Source: a virus
Taxonomy: Duplodnaviria; Caudoviricetes
Strand: one strand, 5' to 3'
Length of the DNA stretch: 34,993 bases
IMG/VR virus record: IMGVR_UViG_3300035561_000143
Location: 1 to 34,993 of that record
Under the pieces are notes generated by a model that worked only from the letters and a program-made list of their open reading frames with translations, was not told where the DNA came from and made no database searches. This document shows positions 34,351 to 34,993 of this stretch, piece after piece (within the stretch, counting starts at the first letter, position 1; each line of letters opens with the position of its first letter). Both the position numbers and the translations under genes were made by a program.

Positions 34351-34993
34351 TGGGGCAGTTTGTGCCTGATGTTAAATGTGTATTAGGTGAGCCGGTTGCC
34401 CTGCAGGATGCATGGAGAAGAGGCTTTGAGTCAGCTCTTACACAGCGAGTTCTTACGCTGGGGGTAAGCGGCTTTTCTTCCGGCGACGAGAGGGCAGAGT
34501 GGTCCGCGTCCATGGAAATCCTCTCCGGTGGCAAGAACACCATCCTCTGGGTGGATGACGATTCCGGGGAGACGCCGAAATACTTTCCGAGCACCATGGT
34601 TCGGATACCTGCGATGAGAATTAAAGACCTACTGGGTTCTGGTAGTAACGAGAACCTGCATCCAGCGTTTATCTGCAATGGTAAGGTCAACCCCTTTATC
34701 TATGTTGGGAAGTACCAAGCGTCCAGCATCTACTCCAACTCAAAGCACATAGGCGTGTCCCTCTACGGCGTAGACTTGATGGCTGGCAATTCATCCTATA
34801 CGTCCCTTGTTGGGGGGCAGTCTATGGGGGGCAACCCTACGTATGACACAGCACTACAATATTGTTCCAACGGCGGGATGGGGTTCCATTTAATTACGAA
34901 TGCGGAGTGGGCAGCCATAGCCCTGCTCTGCAAGAACGTGTTGCTGCACCAGCCGAAGGGCAACAATTATTACGGCCGCGAATACTACGATCC
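34350..34993 (+). CDS. 3'-truncated Mtd-like (C-type lectin/FGE-fold) receptor-binding protein
   Basis: Hand translation: SGGKNTIL, PSTMVRIP, HPAFICNG, IYVGKYQAS, GFHLITNAEWAAIAL, PKGNNYYG; open to window end. Confidence 0.8.
   Translation, partial: MGQFVPDVKCVLGEPVALQDAWRRGFESALTQRVLTLGVSGFSSGDERAEWSASMEILSGGKNTILWVDDDSGETPKYFPSTMVRIPAMRIKDLLGSGSNENLHPAFICNGKVNPFIYVGKYQASSIYSNSKHIGVSLYGVDLMAGNSSYTSLVGGQSMGGNPTYDTALQYCSNGGMGFHLITNAEWAAIALLCKNVLLHQPKGNNYYGREYYD

Larger units (their letters stand above)
1..34993. mobile_element. Tailed bacteriophage genome segment (podovirus-type virion, initiator/ERF-type replication)
   Basis: Terminase, portal, scaffold, capsid, tail fibre, endolysin, ERF and initiator all present; dense co-oriented genes with ATGA/TAATG overlaps; no bacterial housekeeping genes. 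Confidence 0.97.

Overview
The whole window reads as about 35 kb of a circularly permuted tailed-phage genome with no host genes. Virion module (T7/BPP-1-type podovirus): TerS, TerL, head-tail-connector portal, scaffold, capsid, tail fibre and an Mtd-like adhesin at 25.6-35 kb, continuing at 1-7 kb with a GNAT/gp13-like gene and three probable ejection proteins. Lysis cassette at 7.1-8.9 kb. Rightward recombination/replication operon at 9.3-19.4 kb: PD-(D/E)xK nuclease, ERF, replication initiator with iterons, SSB-like protein, lytic transglycosylase, dUTPase and a sigma-4-like activator. Leftward early region at 19.5-24.3 kb. No integrase, CI-type repressor, polymerase, RT, tRNA or CRISPR array was recognised. 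Most notable: (1) an AT-rich gene array at 13.5-16.6 kb joined by a recurrent 18-bp SD+stop+start element (AAGGAGGYGGARTAGATG), with a deletion scar and fused genes, suggesting an integrase-free cassette-shuffling locus; (2) an early operon of a 20-aa membrane peptide, a COOH-NH2 amidoligase and a class II glutamine amidotransferase, followed by a duplicated promoter block driving an Ocr-like gene; (3) a CMP-nonulosonate synthetase in front of TerS; (4) a four-way-junction RNA sequestering the capsid RBS; (5) a Prp-type NLQLF^A motif on the scaffold plus spanin-like genes, pointing to a diderm host with Prp; (6) a possible DGR target at the right edge. All calls come from motif recognition by eye; no searches were run.
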